Of a stretch of DNA of 64,000 nt, positions 1 to 10,073 are shown in pieces. The notes below the pieces were generated by a model, which had not been told where the DNA came from, searched no databases, and saw nothing but the letters and a program-made list of their open reading frames with translations. The DNA is taken from assembly GCA_963769935.1 (NCBI GenBank), contig CAVYNY010000020.1, forward strand, positions 416,001 to 480,000, in the 5' to 3' direction. The position numbers and the translations under genes were made by a program. This DNA comes from an uncultured delta proteobacterium. Its GTDB lineage: Bacteria > Desulfobacterota > Desulfobacteria > Desulfobacterales > JAFDCJ01. How positions within the stretch are numbered: position 1 is the first letter of the stretch; each line of letters starts with the position of its first letter.

Positions 1-329
1 CCAAGGAGATCGACACTTCCAACACTGCCCAACGTGAATATCTTCAGGAAGTGTTCAGCCACCACCATCGTATCCAGAACCGAGTCGAATTTGAAGATTT
101 TTATACGGCCCAGGTCGTGTGGGAGGAGGCCATGGCAGAGGCGATCGCGCGCAATTTAGATGACAATGCGATGGTTGTGCTCGCCGGCAACGGTCATATC
201 CAATTTAAGTACGGCATCCCCGACAGGGCATTCAAACGAACCGGTGCGTCCTTTCGAACGGTTTATCAGGCACCGGCCGGAATTGAGGTTAAAAGGGATA
301 TCGCGGATTATATCTGGGTGACGCCTTAG
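1..329 (+). CDS. ChaN/Tiki-superfamily lipoprotein, C-terminal part (runs off window start)
   Basis: Frame open from position 3; motifs AQVVWEEAMA and VVLAGNGHIQFKYGIP are typical of ChaN-family C-termini. Confidence 0.7.
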   Translation, partial: KEIDTSNTAQREYLQEVFSHHHRIQNRVEFEDFYTAQVVWEEAMAEAIARNLDDNAMVVLAGNGHIQFKYGIPDRAFKRTGASFRTVYQAPAGIEVKRDIADYIWVTP

Positions 330-590
330 GCAGAAGGTTTAAGCGCAAAGAGCACGGCGCATAGGGCATGGCGTAGAGAGATGACAGAAGTCAGATGACA
401 AAGGATAGAGGGTGAGTGGCTGGGAATGTGTGAAGGTAAGGGAAAAAATACGCAACGCTTACTCATATTGCTGTTTACCTTTAGCCTTTATCCTTTTGCT
501 TATCACCTCTCTACGATCCAAATTTATCCCGTTAAACCTTTTTGTTTTTTGTTTAACCGGGACGATCTAAACCTTCTAATCCATCCTAAC
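330..590. repeat. Composite intergenic element (purine-rich heptamers, pyrimidine-rich inverted tract, 56-bp hairpin); homologous to 4279-4600
   Basis: 513-568 is identical to 4518-4573; flanks share GCATAGGGCATGGCGTAGAGAG-like and TACTCATATT...TTTACCTTTAGCCTTTA-like segments. Confidence 0.85.
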
Positions 591-616
591 CATTTAATGT
601 AAAATATGAGGTACTT

Positions 617-1519
617 ATGACAAGCGATGCCAAAGTCTGGTTGAACGGAAATCTTATCCCCTGGCAGAAAGCCACCGTGCCGCTTTTATCGCATGGCTTT
701 TCCCGCGCTTCTGCAATTTTTGATGTTTTCGGGGTGCATGTTGGACCGGCGGGACCGGCGGCCTTCAGAATGGATGAGCACATTAAGCGGTTGATGAAAA
801 GTGCGGAGCTGTTGGAAATGCAGATGGCATATTCGGCTGAAGAAATTGCCGCAGCAGTTAAAACAACGGTTAAGGTGAATCGCCTCGGTCGTGGAATCGT
901 AAAAATGCTGGCCTATTGGGGGGAAGAGGCCGTCATCAAACTGGTGCTGGATTCCAAGCTGGACCTGGCCATCTTTACCATTCCCAAAAGCGAGGAACTG
1001 GCTTTGGACAACCCCAGGCCGCTGTCCGCCTGCTTGTCTAAGTGGCGCAAGATTCACCCTGAAACGGTGCCTGTCGGCGCGAAGGCCTGTTCCAACTATC
1101 TCAACGGCTATCTGGCGCGCCGGGACGCCAACGCTCGCGGTTTTGATATCGGCATTTTGTTGAGCACCGACGGCCTGCTGGCGGAGGGCTCCATCGAATC
1201 GATTTTTATCGTGAAAGACGGCGTTTTAAAAACACCGCCCCTGGGACGGATTCTTTCAAGCATAACCCGCATGTCCATTCTTCAGGTGGCCCCGGAAATC
1301 GGAATTCCCGTCAAGGAGTGCGCCATACCGGCTGATGAACTGTTGTCGGCCGACGAAGTCTTCACGGCCCACACCGGAATAAAAGTCGAACCGGTAAACC
1401 GACTGGAAGATCGTGAATTGCAGGCTCCCGGGCCGATAACCTCCCAGCTGATGCAGCTGATGGATAATATCATCCAGTTCAAAAATGAGCGTTTTAAAGA
1501 CTGGTTTCAGCAGTTGTAA
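617..1519 (+). CDS. ilvE: Class IV PLP-dependent aminotransferase (branched-chain amino acid aminotransferase-like)
   Basis: VWLNGNLIPW, AKACSNY (PLP Lys), EGSIESIF, ILSSITR, PGPIT motifs. Confidence 0.8.
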   Translation: MTSDAKVWLNGNLIPWQKATVPLLSHGFSRASAIFDVFGVHVGPAGPAAFRMDEHIKRLMKSAELLEMQMAYSAEEIAAAVKTTVKVNRLGRGIVKMLAYWGEEAVIKLVLDSKLDLAIFTIPKSEELALDNPRPLSACLSKWRKIHPETVPVGAKACSNYLNGYLARRDANARGFDIGILLSTDGLLAEGSIESIFIVKDGVLKTPPLGRILSSITRMSILQVAPEIGIPVKECAIPADELLSADEVFTAHTGIKVEPVNRLEDRELQAPGPITSQLMQLMDNIIQFKNERFKDWFQQL

Positions 1520-1767
1520 ACCGGGAGATAGTCGCTTTGACAGCAAACAGTTTGGTTGATTGCACGTCAACCGCTTTTACCGGCTGAATCCCGTAAGTGT
1601 CCCGGCACAGGAACCAGGCTGAATCGGTTGCAATGCTGCCAGAATCTCATCTTTCCGCCGGGCGACCGGGCAAGCCGCACGATCCCCGGCGCTTGCCAAA
1701 CAATAAACTGACCGGTTGCTTTTGCTTGCGAACGACGCAGGGCAAATTTAATCTTGTTCGGGTCTAA

Positions 1768-1836
1768 TTCCCCGCAGCTCGCTGCGATAAGATTGCCGCA
1801 AACCTCGGACAAATACCCCGCTGCTTGCGGCGGGGA
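1768..1836. repeat. Pair of REP-like palindromes
   Basis: CCCCGCAGCTCGCTGCG (1770-1786) and CCCCGCTGCTTGCGGCGGGG (1816-1835). Confidence 0.7.
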
Positions 1837-1845
1837 TGCTTTATT

Positions 1846-1898
1846 CCACAACATATTGAAAATAAAATTTGACTTTCCACGATATGTTGTGGTATAAA
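1846..1898 (+). promoter_or_regulatory. Tandem NrdR boxes overlapping the sigma70 promoter of nrdD
   Basis: CCACAACATATTGAAA (1846-1861) and CCACGATATGTTGTGG (1877-1892), starts 31 bp apart; TTGACT 1869-1874 and TG-n-TATAAA 1890-1898. Confidence 0.8.
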
Positions 1899-2160
1899 TA
1901 AATCATCATCGAAAATACCGGGTGCCCACAAAACTTGGCTTTGCACTGTTGCGCGACAGCGATTTTGCCTTTCGAATCGGCGCCGGGCCGACGTTTCCAG
2001 CGGTTTTAATTCCGACCTTAAATTACATTTCTAAAAATGTTCACCCCTGAACAGCAGTGTTAAAAACCGTCTGTCCAGCAGGGCGATGTGCGGGGACATC
2101 CGTTTGCAGCGCGGTGTGCATGCTCGGCGGAGAGAATCGTGATAGTTAACCTGAATATCA

Positions 2161-4278
2161 ATGAAAGCGAAAACTATGTCCGACGCGTTTGAAAAAATCA
2201 AGAAAAGAGATGGAAGAGTTGTTGTGTTTGATTCGCCGAAGATTACAGCCGCCATCGCCAAGGCCGGCGAGGCAACGGGCGAGTTTAAGGAAAAAGAAGC
2301 CCGGAAGCTGACCCTGCGCGTTTTAACCCTGGCCCATGAACTGCGACCGGGTCCGGTCCCGGAAGTGGAGCAGGTTCAGGACATCGTCGAAAGAGTGCTG
2401 TTGGATTCTCCCTACTATAAAACAGCCAAGGCCTACATCATATACCGTGAGCAGCATGCTCAGATTCGACAGATGGCCACCCGGGCCAACGTCGATCTGG
2501 TTGATCACTACATTCAGAAGACAGACTGGAAGGTTAATGAAAACAGTAACATGAGCTATTCGCTGCAGGGCCTTAACAATTATATTTCATCCGACGTGAC
2601 CTCGGAATACTGGCTGAACAGCATTTATCCGCCTGAAATCAGGCGCGCCCATAAAAACGGAGATATCCACATCCATGATCTGAGCCTGCTGTCTGTCTAT
2701 TGCGTCGGTTGGGATTTACAGGACCTGCTCAGACAGGGATTTAAAGGCGTCGAAGGCAAGGTAGAAAGCTCACCGCCGAAACATCTTCGATCCGCACTGG
2801 GCCAAATCGTCAATTTTTTCTACACCCTCCAGGGAGAAGCTGCCGGTGCCCAGGCAATTTCCAATTTCGATACCCTGTTGGCCCCCTTTGTTCGCGATGA
2901 CCGGCTTGATTATGCAGAGGTCAAACAGGCGCTGCAGGAGTTTATTTTCAACATCAACATCCCGACGCGGGTTGGTTTTCAGACACCTTTTACCAATATT
3001 ACCATGGATCTTTATGTACCCGCCATTCTAAAGGATCAACCTGTAATTGTGGGCGGCCGCGACCGGGAGGAAACCTATGGCGATTTTCAGCCGGAAATGG
3101 ATCTGATCAACCGTGCCTTTGCCGAAGTTATGATGGAAGGCGATGCCAAAGGCCGGGTTTTTTCTTTCCCGATCCCCACTTATAATATTACCGCTGATTT
3201 CGACTGGAGCAGTCCCAATCTGGAACCTGTCTGGAAGATGACCGGCAGGTACGGGATTCCCTATTTTTCAAACTTTGTCAATTCGGACATGTCGCCTGAA
3301 GATGCCCGCTCCATGTGCTGCCGGCTGCGTTTGGACAACCGGGAACTCTTAAAGCGGGGCGGCGGCCTGTTCGGCGCCAATCCGTTGACCGGTTCGATTG
3401 GTGTGGTGACCATTAATTTGCCCCGCATCGGATATGCCAGTCAAATCAAAAGTGAATTCTATGCCGGCCTTATCCTGCAACTGCAGCTGGCGGTGGAAAG
3501 CTTGTCCATCAAGCGCAAGGTCCTTGAGAAGTTTACCGATCAACATCTGTATCCCTACTCAGAATTCTATCTGAGAGAAGTTAAAAACGGTACCGGTCGT
3601 TACTGGAAGAATCATTTCTCGACCATCGGTATTATCGGGATGAACGAGGCCTGCCTGAATTTTCTGGGTGAGGATATAACCACTGAACACGGCCAGCAGT
3701 TTTCGTTGGAGGTCATGACGTTTATCCGCGATCATCTCTCCAAAGTTCAGGAAGAATCCGGCGAAATTTTCAATCTGGAAGCCACGCCGGCGGAAGGCAC
3801 ATCCTATCGGCTGGCCATGCTGGATAAAGAGAAATACCCGGGTATCTTATGCGCCAATGATGCTGATTTTCAAAAGGGCGCATCACCTTACTATACCAAT
3901 TCCAGCCAGCTGCCGGTGAACTATACCGATGACATCTTCGAGACGTTGCGGCTGCAGGACGATTTGCAGGCCCAATATACCGGTGGGACTGTTTTACACA
4001 TTTTTCTCGGCGAGCAGGTCAGCGATAACGAGGCCATCAAAAGCCTGATCAGAAAAATAGCGACCAATTACAAGCTGCCGTACTTCACCCTCACGCCGAC
4101 CTTCAGCATATGTCCCTCGCACGGATATCTTGCAGGGGAGCAAAGGACCTGTTCGATTTGCCACCAGGAAACGGAAGTGTATTCGCGGGTGGTCGGCTAC
4201 CTGAGGCCGGTCAAACAGTGGAACAACGGTAAACTGGCCGAGTACAGCAACCGCAAGACATTCAAGGTGGCGAGCTAG
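2161..4278 (+). CDS. nrdD: Anaerobic (class III) ribonucleoside-triphosphate reductase with N-terminal ATP cone
   Basis: IKKRDG ATP cone, SMCCRL finger loop, EATPAEG, CxxH/CxxC Zn site, YSRVVGYLRP glycyl-radical motif. Confidence 0.95.
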   Translation: MKAKTMSDAFEKIKKRDGRVVVFDSPKITAAIAKAGEATGEFKEKEARKLTLRVLTLAHELRPGPVPEVEQVQDIVERVLLDSPYYKTAKAYIIYREQHAQIRQMATRANVDLVDHYIQKTDWKVNENSNMSYSLQGLNNYISSDVTSEYWLNSIYPPEIRRAHKNGDIHIHDLSLLSVYCVGWDLQDLLRQGFKGVEGKVESSPPKHLRSALGQIVNFFYTLQGEAAGAQAISNFDTLLAPFVRDDRLDYAEVKQALQEFIFNINIPTRVGFQTPFTNITMDLYVPAILKDQPVIVGGRDREETYGDFQPEMDLINRAFAEVMMEGDAKGRVFSFPIPTYNITADFDWSSPNLEPVWKMTGRYGIPYFSNFVNSDMSPEDARSMCCRLRLDNRELLKRGGGLFGANPLTGSIGVVTINLPRIGYASQIKSEFYAGLILQLQLAVESLSIKRKVLEKFTDQHLYPYSEFYLREVKNGTGRYWKNHFSTIGIIGMNEACLNFLGEDITTEHGQQFSLEVMTFIRDHLSKVQEESGEIFNLEATPAEGTSYRLAMLDKEKYPGILCANDADFQKGASPYYTNSSQLPVNYTDDIFETLRLQDDLQAQYTGGTVLHIFLGEQVSDNEAIKSLIRKIATNYKLPYFTLTPTFSICPSHGYLAGEQRTCSICHQETEVYSRVVGYLRPVKQWNNGKLAEYSNRKTFKVAS

Positions 4279-4600
4279 ACAGAGGACAAAAGAAAGGTTT
4301 CAGGTGTCAGAGAGGAAAAGGCCTTAGGGCATAGAGCATAGCGTAGAGAGAGGACAGAAAACAGAGATCAAAGGAAAGAGGGTAAGACGGCCGGGAAGGT
4401 GGGGAAGAAATCCGCAATCCGTACTCATATTACCATTTACCTTTACCTTTAGCCTTTAACCTTTTTCCTTTTGCCTATCAACCATGAACTATCAACTCAA
4501 TCAATTCAATCAACTGAACGATCCAAATTTATCCCGTTAAACCTTTTTGTTTTTTGTTTAACCGGGACGATCTGAACGAACTTAACCATCAAACATAATT
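4279..4600. repeat. Composite intergenic element, second copy (see 330-590)
   Basis: 56-bp exact repeat at 4518-4573 plus homologous flanks and short tandem repeats. Confidence 0.85.
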
Positions 4601-4606
4601 CAAAAT

Positions 4607-5305
4607 ATGCAAATCGGCGGTCTCCAAAAAAATTCTTTGATTGATTACCCGGGCAAGTTAAGTTCCGTCATCTTTTGTGCGGGCTGCAACTTCGACTGCC
4701 CGTATTGCCATAATCCGGATTTGGTCAGGGGGCCGTCGAAGTGTTCAAATCAACTGAATAGCGGAATGGTTTGTGGTTTTCTCGATCAGCGCCGGGGGTT
4801 TCTGGATGGCGTCGTCATCTCCGGCGGCGAACCCACCTTGCAGCCCGATCTGGCGGATCTTTGCCGAAAAATTAAAGATCTTGGATTCCCTCTGAAACTG
4901 GATACCAACGGAAGCCGTCCGCGGGTGCTCAAGGGTCTGATCGATAAAGGGCTGGTGGACTACATCGCCATGGATCTCAAAACCGATCCCGTGTTGTACC
5001 GAACTTTTATCAAGCCGGACTGCCGGTCGGATCCCATTGTTGCCAGTGTCGAGCTGATCATGAAATCCGGGATTGACTATGAATTCAGAACTACCTGCGT
5101 CAAACCGATTGTAACCCGGCGGACGATTGAAAATATTCTGCAATTGATTCAGGGAGCCGGGCTTTACGTCCTGCAGCGCTTCCGCAACAGCGAAGTGCTG
5201 CATCCCGAGTTTTTTCAGTCCGGCGATTGTGAATGCGGCCCTGAGGCTTTATCGAAATTCAAGGCGCTTGCCGACCACTGGGTCGATGAATGCATCATCC
5301 GATAA
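4607..5305 (+). CDS. nrdG: Anaerobic ribonucleotide reductase activating enzyme (radical SAM)
   Basis: SLIDYPG, GCNFDCPYCHN, GVVISGGEPT, LDTNG; directly downstream of nrdD. Confidence 0.9.
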   Translation: MQIGGLQKNSLIDYPGKLSSVIFCAGCNFDCPYCHNPDLVRGPSKCSNQLNSGMVCGFLDQRRGFLDGVVISGGEPTLQPDLADLCRKIKDLGFPLKLDTNGSRPRVLKGLIDKGLVDYIAMDLKTDPVLYRTFIKPDCRSDPIVASVELIMKSGIDYEFRTTCVKPIVTRRTIENILQLIQGAGLYVLQRFRNSEVLHPEFFQSGDCECGPEALSKFKALADHWVDECIIR

Positions 5306-5681
5306 TTAATCCCCAAAAGCGATCGAACGCAATTAGACCCCACACAATGGCCGCTGTCAGCATGCTTAAAAAGGCAGCCGCCGACCCCATGTCTTTGGCG
5401 CGACCCGACAATTCATGGTGTTCCGTCCCGATGCGGTCCACTACCGACTCTATCGCTGAATTCAGCAGTTCGGTTATGAGAATCAACAGGCAGGAAGCGA
5501 CCAGCAGGGCGCGTTCGGCAGCCGATCTCCCCAGCCAAAATCCCACGGGCATCATTAGCATGATGGTTATTGTTTCAATCCGAAAAGCCAGTTCATTTTG
5601 CCAGGCCGTTTTAACTCCGGCCGACGACCAGATAAGGGCGTTTACAATGTGGCCTAAAACCGATTCCTTCGCTTCTGCCAT
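5295..5681 (-). CDS. dgkA: Diacylglycerol kinase
   Basis: ELAFRIE, ELLNSAIESVVD, HELSGRAKDMGSAA; three hydrophobic helices. Confidence 0.92.
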   Translation of the reverse strand: MAEAKESVLGHIVNALIWSSAGVKTAWQNELAFRIETITIMLMMPVGFWLGRSAAERALLVASCLLILITELLNSAIESVVDRIGTEHHELSGRAKDMGSAAAFLSMLTAAIVWGLIAFDRFWGLIIG

Positions 5682-6119
5682 GAGCACCTGCCTGTTTTAG
5701 TGTCCTAAGGGTGATTTCTGTGAAGATTTTGATCCGCCTGCGGATTTGCCACCAGGACTCAAAGACGCAAAGAGGCGTATTAACCAAAGGTTTCGCTTTG
5801 TATCTGGGTGCCTTTGTGGCAATTTTTTCCGGCTTGGCCGGATTGAATTATATCATCTTGCAATCCTCAATACTCAATTCCGGCTCCTGCGGGTTGGCCT
5901 TTTATAAACCATTTTGAAACTTCTGGCAAAAGCTGTTCAATAACTATTGTCTTGCAGGACGATCCATGGTACTGGATCAGGTCAAATTGTCAATAGACGT
6001 TTGTTAAGACACCAGCCGCCCTGCCCAGCACTAGACTGTTGATCGATTCCGGGTGGTTGCGGGTGGTATCCGGCGGGCTCCGGCAGGCTGACCCGATGGT
6101 TCGAAAGGAGGTAGAATCA

Positions 6120-6614
6120 ATGAAAAACGGCAACAAAGTCCTGGTGTTGGTTTCTGTTGTTATCGTAGCTTTCATTTTGCAGGTGATACTGATCATCGTG
6201 GATCATCACGACTCTCCCGGCAAGGCCGCGGTGGAATTCTCCCAAGCATATTTTAAGCTGAGCCCGTCTATGGCCGATCAACTTTGCAGTGAAATAACCG
6301 CCGATGAAGACGGTAATGTGGTGGGCGATTATATAAATCGGATGGCCGACGAAGCCAGAGCCAATGGTTTTGAACCCGGCTGGATGAAAATGGCCCTTTC
6401 CCACATCAAACTCACAACCAAGATGGTTAATCCAAATACGGCTGAAGTTCATATCACCTGCACCCGCAGGCGTGCCATGAATCCGGTTTTCGGGATCGTT
6501 TCCAAAATTTTTTCCCTCGGCGAAACCCACAAGGTGGTTGCGACGCTGACCGTCGTCAAAGAAGGCGGCACCTGGAAAGTTTGCGGCCAACCATATTCAC
6601 TGATTGAAGGTTAA
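6120..6614 (+). CDS. Hypothetical membrane-anchored protein (possibly NTF2-like fold)
   Basis: AAGGAGG RBS before ATG 6120; N-terminal TM helix; ends in VVKEGGTWKVCG. Confidence 0.7.
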   Translation: MKNGNKVLVLVSVVIVAFILQVILIIVDHHDSPGKAAVEFSQAYFKLSPSMADQLCSEITADEDGNVVGDYINRMADEARANGFEPGWMKMALSHIKLTTKMVNPNTAEVHITCTRRRAMNPVFGIVSKIFSLGETHKVVATLTVVKEGGTWKVCGQPYSLIEG

Positions 6615-7383
6615 TTCCCGTAAGATGCAAGCAATCTATGTCCGCCTTCGTGAGCGAGCCCGCCAAATCGTCGCCGGCTTTCCCCCGCCGGATTTCTATC
6701 GCGACCATGCTCAAGCCTATACTTATTCCAGGCAGTATTTAAAAAATGATCCGGTTTTGGCTAGATTGCACCAATTCGTGGAACTCAATCTGGAAAATGA
6801 CTTTGGTCACGGTTTGCAGCACGCGATAAAAGTGACCGAAGACGCCGGCGCGCTTATGCACATAGAAGGGCCGGCAGCCGGCTACACCGAGGTCAAATTA
6901 AAACGCCGGATGAGTATCGTTCAATGCGCCGGGCTTTTGCACGATATCAAACGTAAAAAGAAAGACCACGCCCGCCTCGGTGCCGAGCATGCCCGCCAGG
7001 TTCTGAAAAATTACCCGTTGGAACCCGATGAGATCGATGATGTTTGCCGGGCAATCCAGAATCATGAAGCCTTTAAAGAAGTCATAGATATTGGGACGCC
7101 GGAAGGTATGCTGGTATCCGACTGTCTTTATGATGCGGACAAGTTCCGGTGGGGGCCTGATAATTTTACCCATACGCTGTGGGACATGATCTCCTTTTAC
7201 AATCCCCCGCTCTCAAAATTTATGGCCCGCTATCCCGAAGGCATGGCGGGACTTGAAAAAATCAAAGTCACTTTCCGGACCAAAACCGGGGAAAAATACG
7301 GCCCCGGGTTCATTGATCTCGGTCTGGCCATCGGTAAGAAGCTCCATGATGTGATTCTGTCTGAATTTTCTGATTATCTGTAA
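6604..7383 (+). CDS. HD-domain metal-dependent phosphohydrolase
   Basis: GHGLQH...LLHD...DHA...NHE...LYDADK; start may be ATG 6625. Confidence 0.85.
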   Translation: MKVNSRKMQAIYVRLRERARQIVAGFPPPDFYRDHAQAYTYSRQYLKNDPVLARLHQFVELNLENDFGHGLQHAIKVTEDAGALMHIEGPAAGYTEVKLKRRMSIVQCAGLLHDIKRKKKDHARLGAEHARQVLKNYPLEPDEIDDVCRAIQNHEAFKEVIDIGTPEGMLVSDCLYDADKFRWGPDNFTHTLWDMISFYNPPLSKFMARYPEGMAGLEKIKVTFRTKTGEKYGPGFIDLGLAIGKKLHDVILSEFSDYL

Positions 7384-7494
7384 TCGCGCCGATTTAATCT
7401 ACTAACCTTGAAAGCAGATTGCATCTATCTGAACAGGCTGGCTGAACGGGCTGGATGTGACCATGACGATGCTTAAAGATCGACGTATTCTTGT

Positions 7495-7523
7495 TTGACA
7501 GCTATAGCGGTTTTCAATATACT
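7495..7523 (+). promoter_or_regulatory. sigma70-type promoter for the acyl-CoA ligase
   Basis: TTGACA-N17-TATACT. Confidence 0.7.
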
Positions 7524-7594
7524 GAAACCATACCAATTTTTTACACTAATCGCTGCTACCGCTACCCGTTAACCCACAGCTCAAGGAGGCAGAT

Positions 7595-9334
7595 ATGGCT
7601 GCAACGAATTGGCCCACATCCAACTGGCCGGAAGGCGTTCCCCAGGATGTAACCGATTACGATAAACCGCTGTTTTCTGTTCTGGATGACGCCGCCGGGG
7701 ATTATCCCAACCAGGTTTACACGATATTTAATGACGCCGCCCGAACGTACGCCCAGGTAAAGGATACGGCTGACCGCGTGGCAAGCTTCCTGGCTGCGCG
7801 CGGAATTCAAAAGGGCGACCGGGTCGCTGTTTTTTTGCCGAATCTACCCCATTACCCGGCTATTTTTTTCGGTATTCTCAAAGCCGGTGCGATTTGTGTG
7901 ACCTGCAATCCTTTATATAAATCCAATGAACTCAATTATCAGCTGAAAGATTCCGGCGTCAAAGCCGTCTTTTGCATGGATCATCCCCAATTTTATCCCA
8001 CGACGGTTGCCGCTATCAGGGGAACCACCGTCGAGACCGTGGTTGTTTGCGGCGTTAAATCCTACCTGCCGTTTCTCAAGGGATTCCTGGGCGGACTGCT
8101 GGGCAAAATTCCCAGGGCTGAGAAGTACGAACCCGGCCATCTGTTTTTTGATGATGTTGTGGCCGCTGCTACACTGCCGCCGCCTCCCGTCGACATAAAT
8201 CCAGCCGAAGATCCGGCGCTTATCATTTATACCGGCGGTACCACGGGAGTCCCCAAAGGGGCGGTTCTAACGCACAGCAATTTTGTCTATGATTTGACGG
8301 CCGCCAACGAGTGGATTCGCCTGGTCCATGAACCCGGCGCCAAGGCGGAAAAAGTTCGCCAGGGAGGATATCACACTTATCTCGGTGTTTTGCCCTGGTA
8401 CCATAGTTTCGGCATGACCTGTGCCCTGCTTTCCGCCTGTTCATCCGGCAGCAGGCTGATCTGCGTGCCGGACCCCCGGGCCGGGAATCCGCCGTTCACC
8501 GAAGTTTTAAAAATTGTCCAGAAACATCGTCCGACCGTTATGCCTGCCGTACCCACGATCTTCGTGGCTTTTACAAATCACGCCCATCTCGACCAGTACG
8601 ATCTGAGTTCGCTCATGGGGTGTTTTTCCGGTGGCGCACCTCTGCCGCCTGAAGTCTGCCGCCAGTTTGAAGAAAAAACCGGGGCGGTTATTTTTGAGGG
8701 CTATGGGTTGAGTGAAACCGCACCGATTGCCACAGTCAACCCGACGAATCCGGATCAGCGCAAGATCGGCACCATCGGTTTTCCGATACCCGGCACGGAC
8801 ATCAAGATACTGGACCTTGATACCGGGACCTCGGAACTGCCCCAAGGCGAAGACGGCGAGATTGCCATCTGCGGACCGCAAGTTATGCAAGGCTACTGGA
8901 ACAAGCCGGAAGAAAATGAAAAAGTATTTCGGGAGATTGGCGGGAGACGTTATTTCCTGACCGGTGATATCGGCCATATCGATGAAGACGGATACATCCT
9001 CATCACCGATCGTAAAAAGGACATGGTGCTGGTCGGCGGGTTCAATGTTTATCCGCGGGATGTGGAAGATATTCTTTTCCAACACCCCAAAGTGGGCCTG
9101 GCTGCCGTGGTCGGCGTGCCGAATGCCAAGAGCGGAGAAGTTGTTAAAGCATACATTCAGCTCAAACCGGGCGAAACTGCCAGCGAGCAGGAAATTCTTG
9201 AGTTCTGCAAGGAGAACATGGCCGGATACAAGCGTCCCAAAATCATCGAGTTCAGAAATGAATTGCCGATTTCAAATGTCGGCAAAATCCTGCGCCGGGT
9301 ATTAAGGGACGAGGAGCGTGGTAAAGCCAAATGA
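7595..9334 (+). CDS. fadD: Long-chain fatty acid-CoA ligase
   Basis: YTGGTTGVPKG, EGYGLSE, TGDIG, DRKKD, GKILRR adenylation motifs. Confidence 0.9.
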   Translation: MAATNWPTSNWPEGVPQDVTDYDKPLFSVLDDAAGDYPNQVYTIFNDAARTYAQVKDTADRVASFLAARGIQKGDRVAVFLPNLPHYPAIFFGILKAGAICVTCNPLYKSNELNYQLKDSGVKAVFCMDHPQFYPTTVAAIRGTTVETVVVCGVKSYLPFLKGFLGGLLGKIPRAEKYEPGHLFFDDVVAAATLPPPPVDINPAEDPALIIYTGGTTGVPKGAVLTHSNFVYDLTAANEWIRLVHEPGAKAEKVRQGGYHTYLGVLPWYHSFGMTCALLSACSSGSRLICVPDPRAGNPPFTEVLKIVQKHRPTVMPAVPTIFVAFTNHAHLDQYDLSSLMGCFSGGAPLPPEVCRQFEEKTGAVIFEGYGLSETAPIATVNPTNPDQRKIGTIGFPIPGTDIKILDLDTGTSELPQGEDGEIAICGPQVMQGYWNKPEENEKVFREIGGRRYFLTGDIGHIDEDGYILITDRKKDMVLVGGFNVYPRDVEDILFQHPKVGLAAVVGVPNAKSGEVVKAYIQLKPGETASEQEILEFCKENMAGYKRPKIIEFRNELPISNVGKILRRVLRDEERGKAK

Positions 9335-9660
9335 AAAAATGGATCACGGAGCATCCCTATTTTTGTACCAGTATCGTTTTCTTGATTATTATGATTGTCG
9401 GCTGGCAGGTGCTTTTCTGGCGAGCTGAAAATTTCATGTTCTTGCTGCTGCTGTATTTCATCGTCACGCTGGGTATTCGCCTCGATGATATATCCCGGAA
9501 AATGGGCAGCGGCGTGGACCGGCCCGAGGCCGGCCTCAGGGAAAAAGAAAGTATTATCAGTCTGCTGCATGATATCAAAATAACACTGCTGAGGCTGAAT
9601 ACGACGCTCAACAAGCAGTTGCGGGCTGCCGAGAAAGAAAGCGACGATTCCATAAAATAA
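9331..9660 (+). CDS. Hypothetical small membrane protein (2 TM plus coiled coil)
   Basis: ATGA overlap with the ligase stop; two hydrophobic segments. Confidence 0.65.
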   Translation: MKKWITEHPYFCTSIVFLIIMIVGWQVLFWRAENFMFLLLLYFIVTLGIRLDDISRKMGSGVDRPEAGLREKESIISLLHDIKITLLRLNTTLNKQLRAAEKESDDSIK

Positions 9661-9966
9661 AACCCAGGTCGAGCTGAAAGCTCGATTTGGGTGGCTGTTG
9701 TCTGTTGTCTGTTGTGTGTTGTATGTGGTGTGTGGTTAAGAAGAATTTCATCGAGTATAAATTTTTCGACACCCCACCGCAAATCAGGGATTAATCTGCG
9801 GCGGCGGACCGTTTTTTAACCCCAACATTCCATTCCCCACTATTCAATCCCTCCAAATGCGGATCTTCCATCCAACGGCTTTCTTCAATTTTCAAAGAAC
9901 AGTTCACTATTCTGAATATGTCATGTTTCCGGGCGGATTAATCAGGGCGAAATCCCAATTTCAGGC

Positions 9967-10025
9967 TTGACATCCGTTTTTAGAACAGATAACCTTTATC
10001 CATCAACTGATGGAAACAATTGTTT
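9967..10025 (+). promoter_or_regulatory. sigma70 promoter and probable TetR operator
   Basis: TTGACA(9967)-N17-TAACCT; inverted repeat TCCATCA-AC-TGATGGA 9999-10014; palindrome AAACAATTGTTT 10014-10025. Confidence 0.65.
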
Positions 10026-10073
10026 GAACTAACCTGTTGAAAAATGGTCGAGGGGCAAAAAGGAGGATTGTAA

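Noticed and set aside
1567..1946. Minus-strand ORFs 1567-1854 and 1764-1946
   Set aside because: They run through REP palindromes and the nrdD promoter; no family motifs
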